Part shown: one piece after another, positions 25,901-39,000 of the stretch | Numbering within the stretch: the stretch's first letter is position 1 | Layout: each line of letters opens with the position of its first letter | DNA from: Daphnia carinata | Lineage: Eukaryota | Direction: 5' to 3' | Assembly (NCBI RefSeq): GCF_022539665.2 | Contig: NC_081333.1 | Span: 11,904,001-11,968,000 of the forward strand | Length of the DNA stretch: 64,000 nucleotides | Notes under the pieces: model-generated | Databases searched by the model: none | The model's input: only the letters and a program-made list of their open reading frames with translations | Told to the model about the DNA's origin: nothing | Position numbers and translations under genes: made by a program

Positions 25901-28900
25901 TGTATGCATCTTTATGAATGTAGGATACAAGACTTACCGACAACTTTTAAGCGGACGGCTTTGCTGATTTTGGGCTCGGAGCTGACTTGGCATTCATAGA
26001 GTCCAGCGTCGCGAAGCTGAACGGATCTGATCCGCAGTGTCCACATGTCTCCTGTAGCCGACTTGATGACCGAGAAGCGTGCATCATTGGTGTAGGTGAC
26101 TTGACCGAATGTCAGAATGTGTAAATCTCGTTTCCGTATCCAAGAAACCTGATGAAAGATGCAAAAGGTGAATTCGCAAAGCTACGTCATAATGAACAAA
26201 GAAGCCAATTGTAAACGTATGTCTAGTGCAGTAAAAATGTATTCGTGGCGTCAGTGAAAAGTAACTTCATCAGCAGCACGATAATCGATAGCTCATCAGA
26301 CGTCAGTTGGACATGTTGTCATTTTATGGGCTATAAAATATGTATACGTCCCGGCTCTTTCTGTGCGCATTTTTCTGAGCTTTTTGATAAGCACCGTTTG
26401 CTATTGGCTGTTGCTATCCGTGTATTTGGGGAAGCAATTAAAAATTAATCTCAGAACGCACTACTATGCTATATATATTCATAGCGCTAGGGGAAAAAAA
26501 AACTATCAAAATATGCCATTATCGATTTTGATCCCTTTGGAGTCAACAAGTTCGGCAGATGTTTCTATAAGTCCATTAATCTCCCTTTTTGGAGTTTTTC
26601 GTCCCTTTTCTTTTTTGCTCTTCATCGCTCGATCCACTCACAGTGACGCACTCTTTTGTTTAGATGTCGTCGTTTCGACATTGGCAATGTAAATAGATGG
26701 GTTGGAGCGTGAAACGAGTTATGCAAATACGCTCTTATAGAATTCCGGCTGCTGGATGTTCCATTTTTGATTTTTTATTCCCTGTATACCTTCCCCCCTT
26801 TTTTCTTTTTTATTACAGAACGTTCGACATCCTTTAATTTTTAAAGTTTCTGAATTTGATTTAATTCCCTGCTTACAGGAGCTTCCGTTTCGATTATTTT
26901 TTTTTACTTCTTAACGTACCACAATCCGCCTAAGGCTCTTGATCGTGCCAATATTCACGTCAGCTTTCTTTTTTTTTTTTTAATACCTCATTCACGGCTG
27001 ATTGCTACTGAATTCACTTTTTTATGTCTGTGGAGAAACCTCAAACAACTGCTGGCACCGTCTGTGGCCCATATGAATTATTGATCAACCAATCGTACTG
27101 TACGAAATTTGCCTCTGCAGTTGCACCGATTGTCGCCAGTTCAAACCCCAATTTTTTAAAATTCATTTTCAAAGCTTGTCATCCTTTATACTTGATCCCT
27201 TCTTTTTGATTTTCCCTTGCCCAGTCGAGGTAGTAAGGGATTATCGATCGCCAAGAAGTCGTCGCATGAAATGGTATACATAATAACGCGAGCAAGTGAT
27301 ACGGACTCGGAGAAAATGGGAGGAGGCATGATGGCAATCCTGCGGCCTACGATTATCATAGAAAGAGTCTATTTGACATGCACCCGTGTCACGTCTATTG
27401 CGTCACCATAGATTAGATGAGCCACGAACGAAAAAATAATAAATCAATTGTTTGAACAGAAAAAAAAAAAAAAAAAATAATGCCGATTGCACTGCGGGAT
27501 TTCGGACTCACGATGCGAATAGGTTTCACTTGCTGCCTAAAAAAAGACTATGATTTTTTTCAATCTTCTTATTCAAAATGGTCTGGTGGTCAAGTGAATT
27601 TTCGCCAAGATTTGGCGTCCCCTCCTCTGTCATAAGCCGTTTCCACCGGGGTGATTAGGTTACCGAATCGTCACGCAGGTACGATATTTCCGCTCACCTA
27701 AACCTACTCTTCGTGTCGGCCTTTCCTAGAAGAAGAAAAAAAAAAAAAACCGCAAAAAAGCAACCTGACCCTTTACCGCCTCTTGGTCGTTCTTTTCAAG
27801 AGAAAAACATTTGACCACGACATGACACAGACATGGGCATTGTGGGTAAGTGGATACGTTAGCTCATTATTTTTTTCCTTTGAACGCGATTGTTTCTTGT
27901 TGTTTTTTTTGAGGGGGTTGCGGGGTTAGTATTGTTATGATTACGAACAGATTCGTTTGCGACGCATGTTGTTATAATGACGTTCTCTTTTTGTTTTTTT
28001 TTGCACGCTGCGTAAATATGCTTTTTATTCACGCTGGATTGTTCTAGCAACGTGAACCAAAAGTCTTTTTGAACTGCAGTAGAGAAACTATGTTTTTCTA
28101 GCGATTAGAATTGCGTCTGATTGTGCACCATCTCTCACGTGATGGCTTTGTTCTGCGTTCAAAAAAAAAGTGTTCGAGTAGCATGAAGAGAAATCTGGAA
28201 AATTAGAGAGATGTTTTCGTCTCCGTCTGTAACGAAGGGAAGGATCATTTTCCATCAGTCAACTTTCGAGATTTGCCTACTTGCAGATAGAACCCATCCC
28301 ATTAGCGAAACAAGTTTGTAGGGTCCGAAAACTATACGAACAATGCTTCAAACGGCGTGTTCTTATTCCCACACTCTTTCAACAATCTCTTAACCGCTAC
28401 CAAGAAAAAAGAAAGAAAAACTTTGGAAACAAACTATGTCATCATTTACCTTTGTCAATTCTTTCGTTATAGTTTTCTATCAAATGATTTTACAATCACA
28501 ATGGATCGGCTTTTACTTGGAACTTTGTGGCAGTCAATGCTTTTCACTCTAGATCTTTGATTATTTTGAAATTACATTCACAGGTAATCGACAGATAATG
28601 AACGTGCAATCCTAGAGACCTTGAACGCTAACAAAGTTTTCTGGTTTTTAAGCATTCTGAATTGAAGCTTCCGTTTTCTTGTGAAATACTTAACAGTCCC
28701 TTGGCAATGGTTGATGGAAAACAAGGTTTTAAATCAGATGTACATACAAACGAATTTGCCAAGGTGACTGTGTGCTGTTACGTTTGCAGGATGCACGCGT
28801 ATCAGAACGTGATGGACGAGATAAAAAAAAAAGAACACAGAAGGGTTAGTTTCTTTATTTATTTAAGAAAGTTTTTCGATCGATTTCGTTTTTGTTTGAA

Positions 28901-30908
28901 GTGCAAGCATAAGAGTGTACTGTCGATTTCAGCTGGAATCGTCAATATTTGATGATTGGCTTTGGAGATAACAAAACAGACGCTCCCTGGATTTCATCGC
29001 AAAGGATATAACTACTTATGCGCACAGTAAGGAAATATCCTTGGGTTCGATTTACCTTGTTTCCCTTCCTTTTGCATCTCCAATGTGATAATTTAAAAAT
29101 ACATTGGCCTTTGTCCTGGAACAGCGTAAGACTTATATAAGGATCGAGGGAAAGTTTTACATATCCGGATTTTAAAAAGATGGCGTGTCCTTGTGTGCTC
29201 GGATTCAAGGACTCGGGATATAAAGCACAAAATAAAGTCTCTAATGAAGTATTCATTTCACGTTTTCTCCTATTAACCAAGCGAATTCATTTCCTCGTTT
29301 TCGTTACATCAACTATGAAATCGTTGCTCCCTTTGACGGGTAATTTCAGTTCCGCATTAGTCATTTGCTCTTTGGTTCGGCCCTCGTGATTCTTACGTAC
29401 GAGCGAACCTTGAAGCAGCAAAAGTTCATTGAATTCATCAAGGCTGTGACACAACATTTCTTTTTTAAACTTTACTTTCCACAGTGTTTCACAATAATAA
29501 AAGGAAAAGAAAAGGCTGTCATGGACGCAAAGCTATATATCGATTCAAAAGTCTTATAAGACATTCTTGTTGTATAATAAACGATATAGGCGAAGATGCG
29601 AACGAGCTTTATTCGATATCGTCATCCAATCGCCTTCTCCATTTTCCCGTTAGCTTCTCACCAACTTTCCCTCTTTTTTGGGGGCGCGGGGGGCTCTTTC
29701 TTTTTTGCACTTGAAAGTGTGAGAAAAGCCACTCGTCGGACGGCTTATCTGCGGCCTGCGTCGCGGCACAGGAGCCATCTCTTTTGTCGAGCTCGATATA
29801 TAGTTGCCTCCAATCTATTATTTATTTTTTTTTTTTACCACCCCACGCTTCTTTTTTTTTTTATTTTATGTTTTTTTTTTTCTTCATTGTTTTGACTTGG
29901 CTTCGTACGGTATACTTATTGGCTGTTCACTCGTCAATCAATAGAGCTTTTTGATTGTCTGACTGTCGATTCTTGGTTCCAAGAGACGCCCACCCATATC
30001 TCTCTGGATGGATCTTAACCAAAGGATAACGAAAAGAAGCTTATTCCGGCTATTTTCACTCGGATCATTTCTTCTCTATGTAGCACGTCGGATATGGCGA
30101 ACAATTAGTTTCATCGAACAACTTCTTTCTTTTTATTTTTCCCCCCTCCATTCTGAAGCTATTCTCTGTATAAAGATTCTCCCCCCCCCCCCCCAATTTT
30201 CTTCCTTATTCCCTTCGTCTCAAGATCCGTTAAGATTAGACGGTTTAACTTTCCGTGATTGTCGAGTCCGATTCACGAACAAAAAATCGTCTTTGGAATA
30301 TGACAAAGACAAGCCATCCATGGCAACAAAATGTACGCTGGTGTACGTATAAAGATGAGGCTCCCACGTATCTATGACGAAAGAACTAGACGGCATGTAC
30401 GTTTGCAGCATGGAAAAACGAAACAAGGAAATGTGTATTCTACCCGTTTACCGCTATCCTTACACGTACATCCGTCTTATAGGGAAACGCGATACGGACA
30501 TACTGTAGGATGTCGATGCCGGAACGTTTTGGCTATATTGAATAAGACTGAGGAGCCTTTTGAATGTTGTGTCAGTGCATATCCTAGTAGGGACGGTACA
30601 TTCTTTATGCAATGGCAGTAAAAATCTATTAAGCTGCTGAATGGCGAATTCGAAATAAGCGCCAGACGTCAATCCGAGAATCGCGTGAATGCGTGGGAAG
30701 TGCGACGGGTGGCATTTGCATTTTGTGTGTGTGAAATGACTAACCTTGCGATCTCCAAGCTGACGAACGCGGCAAGCCAAGTAGGCTGTAGATCCGACGG
30801 AGACGACAACAGATTCCGGCCCCGTGTCGAATGACGGTCCAACTAGAGCGCCGTCCCACGGTATATCCGCCACGACTGACTGCGCTTCGCTCTTCGGTGA
30901 TATCGACC
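22953..30908 (-). CDS. Dpr (defective proboscis extension response)/ZIG-8 family two-Ig-domain cell-surface protein, core exons
   Basis: Exons 30908-30745 (...GPSFD...VGSTAYLACRVRQLGDRK), 26148-25938 (VSWIRKRDLHILTFG...WTLRIRSVQLRDAGLYECQVSSEPK), 24285-23875 (Ig2: GSPEMYIRSGSDISLSC...DSGNYTCIP...VHVLN) and 23095-22953 (GEHPAAMQHG plus hydrophobic tail LLATLLLLL, TAG). All junctions are GT-AG and in frame; the motifs are characteristic of the Dpr family. The specific ortholog is not assigned. Confidence 0.9.
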
Positions 30909-31868
30909 CTAAATTTGCAAAGAGAACGCACACACACAAAAAAAAAAAGAAATGTAAACAAATTCGTTAGAGTAAATTTGAAAATGAGTCACGTGAGAGA
31001 CTGCAGTCGACATATGGGACAAATTAGAAGGCCATCTCGTCGTCTTCCATTTCCAAATGAAAATGTTTGGCCAGCGTCAACTGTAATAACGGGGACTATT
31101 AGAAGCAGAGCGTGAACATTTTCGCTATGCGACATGGCGTGCCATCGTGATCATTTCGGTCCGCGTGACAGAGATTTTGATGTCAGTCAAACACGTCTAT
31201 TTTACGTTGCGGTGTATTAGATATAGTGTAAGACGGCAGCGCGTTTTGTACGTCGAAATGTGATTCACCGTTTATTTCCTTGTCATTTCAAAAGACCACC
31301 ACACGATCCTATTTCCGCAAGCGTGAATGTAAACTCTCTTTTTCTATATACCTTTTGCGACGTCATTTTTTTTTTTTTTTTTGTTGGAATGCGCTAACAG
31401 AACAACGTTTGGCGTGCAATCATATGTGCAAAGCGTTACGGTTGCAATCATCTCTTTACGTAGAAAAAGGGCGACAAAGGTAACAAACTGGATGTTACAC
31501 GCCCACAATGTGTGTGGGCGAGTTAAGAAATCATATCGTCGACGTTCAAAGACGTGCCGTAAAAAATCCTTGGAGTGGCTGTTTTGCTGTTTGCAACATT
31601 GCGCTAAACCCACGGTACCATCGCCCACATCATCGCTCCGCTTTACCTCGTCCGCCATGCGTTACCCAATTTTCCTGGTTTACGCTCCTCTTCAATAGAG
31701 ATTGTCGGTTATTCAGCCTAGTAACGTATAGCGAGTCTAAATTTCTAGTTTCCCAGAAAACCATTGCCGACCGTGAAACGTGCATTCGAAAACGTTCGAG
31801 ATTACGGAGAAACCGGTTAGTGATTTAAGCCGATTGTTACAATGTTAACAAGGTACTGCTTCACTTAC

Positions 31869-31887
31869 CTGGCGTTGGATACGGACT
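31869..31887 (-). CDS. Probable 19-nt coding microexon of the Dpr gene (SPYPTP + G)
   Basis: Minus strand reads TTTTTTTTTTCCTCCAAG|AGTCCGTATCCAACGCCAG|GTAAGT: strong pyrimidine tract and consensus donor; the phase-1 end matches the start of exon 30908. Confidence 0.6.
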
Positions 31888-34800
31888 CTTGGAGGAAAAA
31901 AAAAATCTGTTTGTAACAAGTTGCTGCTTTCATATCTAGCCGATGCTTATTGCCGCGATTCAAATTTTATTTGGTTTTTTTTTTTTTTTTGCACGTTTCC
32001 CTATTTTCAAATTTGAGTGCAAGGCTTTTCAGAGTACATCCATGTTTTTCCTGATCTAAAAACAAAGTTTGCATGCAACCGTAATCCGTTTGTCGGAGGT
32101 ACGATTTGGTATATAGAAAATAAGTGCATCTTTGGAACAACATCAGAAAATGCTGTATTTCTTTTTGTTTTTTACCCAATATTGAAACACGTGATTGATC
32201 CTTTGACTATTGCCTCGGCTTTGTATTGCTAGAAACGGGATCAGTGCGAAAGCCTCTGAGAGCTTGAGCCAGGAAAAAGGAGCGCGTGTGTGGCCGATAA
32301 TGCATCCGGCTTCGTGGATTTTCCCTCGACTTTGGATGGCAAATCCCAGCAAGTAAGTAAACAAGCAACAACACAGAGTAGCCCTGAATGTGGATGACGT
32401 TCGTCGCATCCCCCTACAGACGGTCAAAAGAAAAACACAAAACAACTTTTGAAAAAAAAAAACTAAACTAAAAAAAAAAAAAACGCTGTTGAAAATGGTG
32501 GCTAGCTTCTGGACAATCCATCAGGATTCACGAGCGAAGCGATTCACTTTATATCTCTCTGCAGTCTCAACGGAACATGGCAGATTATTCTCTCTGTTGG
32601 CTCCCGTTTTTCTTCGTGTTTCTTAGTGACGGTAGGCGTAGTCTCGTTGTGTCGGCAATTGTAGGCAAACGAGAGGCGGACTGCTGGAAGAGACAGAGCG
32701 TCTCTTTTTCCTTTTCTTTTTTTTCTCGCTCCATCTCTCTCGAGCATGTCACGATCCTACCGTTGCCTTTCCTCCCATTTTCAAAAAAAATCCTCCCTCT
32801 CATCTATCTCCCTCTATTCAAGTTGATCGTGGATTTTCCGCTTTTTTTTTTCTTTTTGTTGTTGTTGTGTCGCTCAGTGTCTGTGGGGCGTCACAGTCGA
32901 CATCGTAGTGGTCAGGGACCGTCAGGTTCGCGGATGGGGCGTCTCGGTCGAGTTTCCTGTACATTTCCTTTTTCTATTTTGTTTCCCTTTCTCCTATTCT
33001 TTTTTGTTCAACAGTCAATAGTTGGACGCAGGTCCGCCCTACTGTCCGTTAATGCAGCAACTATTGTTGGATAACTGGCGGGAGTAGAGATACATAATGC
33101 GCATAGTTCCATCACGGCTCAACATCTGTTTGACAAGTAAATGATAATGGGTGCCCGCCGTTATAACTCGGAAAATCGTACGAGAGAGATGTCCCCTTCC
33201 TCTAGAAAGAAAAAAGAAAATACTATTTCTTTTTTGTTCAGCCACCCCATCTTTTTAGTGCCTTATATGCCGGCGGATCTTTGCTGGATTGCTTCCATTC
33301 TTTATATACAGGATAGGGACACGGTAAATATGGCCGACTGACAAGATAGGCCTATATGAATAAAAAAAAAAAAAGAAAAAAAAAGAGACGTGGAAAAGAA
33401 AGGGAAGTTGGCTTTAAAGTCCGTTTGATCCACTTGGCAAAGTTTGGGCCTCGTCGGTTGCTTTCGCGTCTGACCGTTTTGAGTTGTTTGATTGTCCCTT
33501 CCGGCTGGAATCCTTTACGTTATTTACGTTCTACTTTCCCGAAGCTCATCCCTTAATATGCTATACCGGACCATGATTTGCATATTTGAACGAACCTTGT
33601 CCATTGGATGACAAAAGATGAAAGAGAGAGAGAGAGAGCAAACTCGTCCTTTGATTTGCCATTCAGGTAGAAAGGGCCAAACACATAGCCTTTCTGCTTT
33701 GACGCTTAACGCTGGACATAATAATGAAATGAACATCATATTTCATTTAATTCGTATCAGGAAAACGGGGTCTGAATAAAGCATATAGATAGCTTATGAA
33801 TGTCGACCTGATTGCAGCACACCTTATAAAGAGCCTTGCCCTCATTTTTCTTCCTTCAAGGTGCTACGGTAAATGAAAGACGACGTTTCCCTGCGATTCG
33901 CCTTCGTCTTTCATCATTATCAATTAGGAACGGGCTTTTGCCCTCGTATAGTTGTCCTGTGAAGTACACAACTAGAGCTACCCCTATAGATGGGTAGATA
34001 TATAGTTTTGCTTAAGTCCACAGATTGGAGCTAGTTACTCATCGTTTCTTGGCCAGTTAGCCAGTGAAGCCAAAACTCTCGTGTATTGCCCTAAGACGCG
34101 CCGTACCTGCTTAATCAATACAGATCATCAACAGGAAAGTTTCTAAAACACGAATCAGATAGAAAGGTTTCGTGTACGCAATTTGAAAAAAAAAAAAGGC
34201 TTTCTTTTGTTGCATATGTTTCTAGTAACAATAGACTTTGCGGATGATGACAAACGATATGGGAGAAAGGAAAAAAAAAATGAATCCCGAGGAACTCCTT
34301 CATGGCCGCCTTGACGCTGCGACTTAATGTCGTGCAACCGTTCCGGCGCATGCCTCAAGTTACCTGACACCGCAAAGTCCCATTTCTTCTTGTGTGTGTG
34401 TGTGTGTTCGCCTCTTTCGTGCAATTGAATTCTAGATGGAAATGCTAGACTAGCACGTACTGCAAGTTTATATGTACGTCTCCCCTTTTTCTTGACTCTC
34501 TCTCTCTCTTGTCTCTGCACACTGAATGAGAGGCCTGATTGGAAATTGGATTCTCTCGTCTGCCGGAGCCTTCCGTGGAAACACAGCTGGACAAAAAAAA
34601 AAAAAAAAAAGAAGCTAAAAACACACTAAGTGATCCTACCCAATTTTCTCTTCAAACTTTGGCGGGCTAGTAGTCCCTATGTATATCTCTAGCGGCATCA
34701 AAGTTAGGCTCAAAAGAAGAAAAAGGTGGGGGATTTGTTTTTTGTTTTTTTTTGGACATTTTCTTTATTCCAAGCTTTTCTTCTATACTACGCAGTTTGT

Positions 34801-36040
34801 AACGGCTGAGAAAGAAAGAGAAATCTTCGACCCTATAACACATCCCATTGCCTCTCCCTTCCCCTTTTTTTTTTCCTATTGAAATTTACTGTGAAAACAA
34901 GGGGAAAAGCAAAGGCAAACCGGTCAGATCCGCTGGATCAATTCCCCGAGCGGATGCATCGTCAAATGTCCGGCTACATGTTTCTTAGGCCTTCGAGCGT
35001 ACTAAATTGAATTAGTCTCAGTTTTCGGACTTTGAAGTCGATTCGATTTACATAAGGCTTTTCTCTGCTTGCCTCAGGTTTTCTTCTATACACATATTTC
35101 CTAATAACGTGTCCACAGCAGGCTTTAACACAGACCGTAAACAGCTAATAATATAATACAATCGAATAGAAATCTATAAAAAAAAAAAAGAATAGAGGAC
35201 TACGGTGTGGGGTCAACCAAAGACACGATCGTGAGTGTAAATATGCTATTCGTTTTTTTTTTTTGTTCTTGTGCTTTCACTGAACAATGTGAGCGAACGA
35301 ATAAGACTTTAGACATTTCCTTATATACGTCTGCATCGTACTTTTCTATTTGATTCTTTAGTTTCCGTCCTTTTCTTCCATCTGGCACTGGCCTCGAGTT
35401 CGCTAAAAACCCATGGGTCTGCCCATCACGCCCAATATACGGGGTATTACGTGATGCAAGGTTTTTTGTTTCTCTTTATTTCCACAGCCTCTTCGTCTTC
35501 GTCTTTTTCTTTTTTTTTTTTCAACGTTTCTCCTTTTATCTTCTCTCCTTCAGCTACGTCTCGCGTTTTACTTTCTTGACTGCCGATGCGCTAGACTGTG
35601 CAAGACACAGAATATCGATGTTTGTCATGGCAGCCTTTCACGCACAGAAAGAGAAATAGAGGCCTCTCCTTACCATATGTAAATCAAGGAGAAAGCAAAA
35701 AAAAAAAGAAAAAAAAAAAAGAGAGAGAACGTGAGAAGACCCATTTCACATTCATTTTTTGTTGTTGTTGTTTGTTGTTTTTGAATAGACTTTACATTTC
35801 CAAGAGAGAGTTTCGACCGGTGTCGAATGATTTTGTGTCGGCGGGACAGAGGTGAAGTGATATTTTGTAACTTCGATTACAAAGAAAAGCAGAAATAATA
35901 AATCCTATATATTTGAAGGGTCTCCGACACTAGTGAGGGACTTTTGTGAGCCATTCGTCTTTCCGCTGCTGCGCTCTTGTCCCAGATTGAATTAGCTAAT
36001 TATTTAGCGCACGAGTAAGGTTCTGTCCCGTCAGTCTCCC

Positions 36041-36043
<3 letters not shown>

Positions 36044-36085
<42 letters not shown>
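36044..36085. repeat. (CT)n microsatellite, ~21 units
   Basis: Uninterrupted CT run in the Dpr intron. Confidence 0.95.
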
Positions 36086-36088
<3 letters not shown>

Positions 36089-39000
36089 AAACAACAAACA
36101 GAAACTTTTTTCCTCTGACATCCACAAATTTTCATTTCACTCGTTTTTATAAGGATGTGCGTGACCCGTGAACTGGACCCAGTTCTTCCCAACGTTGTGG
36201 AACTAATCCGTTCCGAGGTCTATGGTTGGCAATTTTTTTTTCAGCGTAATGCGCACTTGAATTAGACGTCCCCTTAAACTGGAAAGGATTTTGTTTGTTG
36301 TCTTCAAAGCACCCGAAACGCAAAAGTCAAAGGTGTAATGTAATAGCCTATAACTGTTTTGATAATGGACTCGGAATGTTGTGTTTTTTTTTTCTTTCAC
36401 GAACGCCTAGGCAAAGTAGCGATAGATTTTCTTTTTGTTTAGCTGCGTGTATATAATTTTTTGAAAAAAAAATATAGAAAAAGAAATCTCCATTGAAAAA
36501 GAATGAAATAGTTGCAGCATTAAAAGAGCTTCCTTTTCGTGCCTGCCGAATACACGGGATAGAACTTTTGGGCTAATTATCTATTGATCCTCTTTTCTTT
36601 CCCTTATTTTTTTTTTTTTTCGTTTAGGGGGTGATGGAGGACTGGCAATTCTCGTGCACGGTAATGGCCAAACTACGAAGTAGGCATCGTATTAGAAAGG
36701 AATAAAATAGTCGAGCGTATAACCTTTTCTTGTCCGTTTAGATTTTTCCCTCCCTATTTCTATAGGTTTTCATTTAACGTTTGCCTCTCTTTTTTTTTGT
36801 TAAACAAGAGATACGTTTCTATCATCGTTCTCGTCTACTTTGGCAACGGACCATGAATATTTAAAAAAATTTGCTATGGCATTAGAGAAAGCTCGTCGAT
36901 AACCCTATCCATCATGCACACCTTGGGTAGCATGGGCTTGCCCTTTCGTCCTGCAAATCAGCCGATACATAGATGACAAGATGGCGTATCAGCCGTTCGG
37001 GAAATAGACAGTGTCCCGTTTCTATATAACACGCTAGTTCAGCAAAGACAGTCCTTCTGGCTGACGTGATGTATATCGATTGGAGGTCGATCCTTATACA
37101 TGACAAGTTTTGCCAAAGTCACTCGATGATGTGAACACTGTCTACTTCACTCTTTTTTTTTTTTTTTTCGTACATGTCGAGTACCGCGAGGAGGACGCCA
37201 GTCAATTAGGGAGGAGCAGTTCCCTCGTATATTTTTCTGCAGACATAGTCTACCTCATTTTGTCCTTTCACGATGGCCAATCATCGAAAAATAGCACGAA
37301 CGGCGGCTTCTCATCTCTCGTGTGTTTTCCAAACTCTAGAAAAAGATCCATTCGATATGTCCCGCTGTTTGTTTTTTGCCTACATGCAAAAATGGAATCG
37401 TTTTTGATTTTCGATATCTACGTATATTCAGGACGAAGCGGATCTTAGGATTCAAAACGCTTGACGTCAGCGGATTTTGTTGATTCTTTTCGCTTAAAAA
37501 AACACAAAGAAAAAGTTTCGTTGTTCTCTTGTTTCGTCATGAGAAAGACGGAGCTCACTGACACAGTGCTTATCAAAGATAAACACTGTGCAAACTACTA
37601 TCATGGTTCTCAGTAATAGGGAAAGAGATTCTTAACGAGGCAAATATACACGTCTTCAAACCATACAAACGATTTTGCTATTGAGTAATAAAGAAGGATT
37701 ATAAATAGCGACCTTTATATTACATTAGGCTATTCTACGCTGTCAACATTGTTTGGGTCGAGGATATACGTGTTGCGAAAGAAAAAAAAAAAAAAAAAGG
37801 ACACACAAAAACAGTTCGTATTTCTTGTTTTCATTAAAAATGCATAACATAATGGCTGACGTAGACGATATTTTTTTTTTTTTTCCTCCTTCTCGAATCC
37901 CTGTCTCTCCTTTGATGTTTATGTGTTTGCGGCATCCCGCCAGGGAGGAAAAGAAAAAAATGGAGAACCATATTCTTCTTGGTTTACTCTGCCGAAGGAG
38001 AATGGAAACCTATTGTTGACACAACTGATATATACCATACACAAGACGGTACGTAATACTAAAGTAGACACTGTAGGCTATATCTTTTTTTTTTTTTTTT
38101 TGAAAGCGTGGGACGAGACACAGCGGCTTGGTTGTTAAAGACCCGTTGTCGAAGACGTGCATATATAGGAAGCGCTATACTTTCCTTAGAGGGCAGAGGG
38201 GGAACGTCTTTTTTAAAATGCTGATTATTTATGAAAAGTTTTGCGCCATGTAAACGACGTTAGCTTTAGTAATCGTCTTGTTTGTTTTTTGTTTTTTTTT
38301 TGTTTCGTTGGGATTCTTTTCCTGTTTATCCGCCTGACTTTGCCTTTGGCTTATTGTTACGTGGTGCGCATCAGTGCCCTTTTTTACTGCTTGTCGAGTG
38401 TGCACTGGTTACCTTCTTTTGAAATTATGACCATTAGCTGCCCGTCACGTTGACAACGTTGGATGTGTCTTTCATTAAAATGCAAATATGTCCGACACCT
38501 GGCAGGAGCGAACATCTCCCGGGAAACAACAATAACAAGAGTTTTTTTCTTTTTCACTTTTAGTTTTAGAATGAGGGAACAAAAGGGGAAAACCAAAACA
38601 TTTCCTTTTTTTTTTGGGGGGGGGGGCGATTTTGATAGATGAGCTATGTCACGTAACGGACGAAATCAAGAGGTAAAGAACAATGTCCTATTTTTTTTGG
38701 GGGGGGGGGTATATTTGGAAAATGATATGATCATCAAAGTATGATGCATTTCCTATTGTGTTTCGGTTTTTTGAAAACAGTGGGATAGGCTGCAGGCATG
38801 ATTTCATTGATCTTTGGCATTGATTGCCAGTCAACCGTTAATTATTCAATATGTAAAAGAACTTCTTCTTTCTTTTTGAACACTGGTACGAAGAAAAAAA
38901 TTGCAAAACGGCTTTCGATCCAATAAAAAATGGAGAGGCGACTTAATGGTGTACAACAATCAAAACGAGATCTTACCGACTGATGTGGCACCAAGAATGC

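Noticed and set aside
31863..31875. ACTTACCTGGC on plus resembles the 5' end of U1 snRNA
   Set aside because: No U1 body follows; it is the reverse complement of a consensus 5' splice site (the microexon donor).
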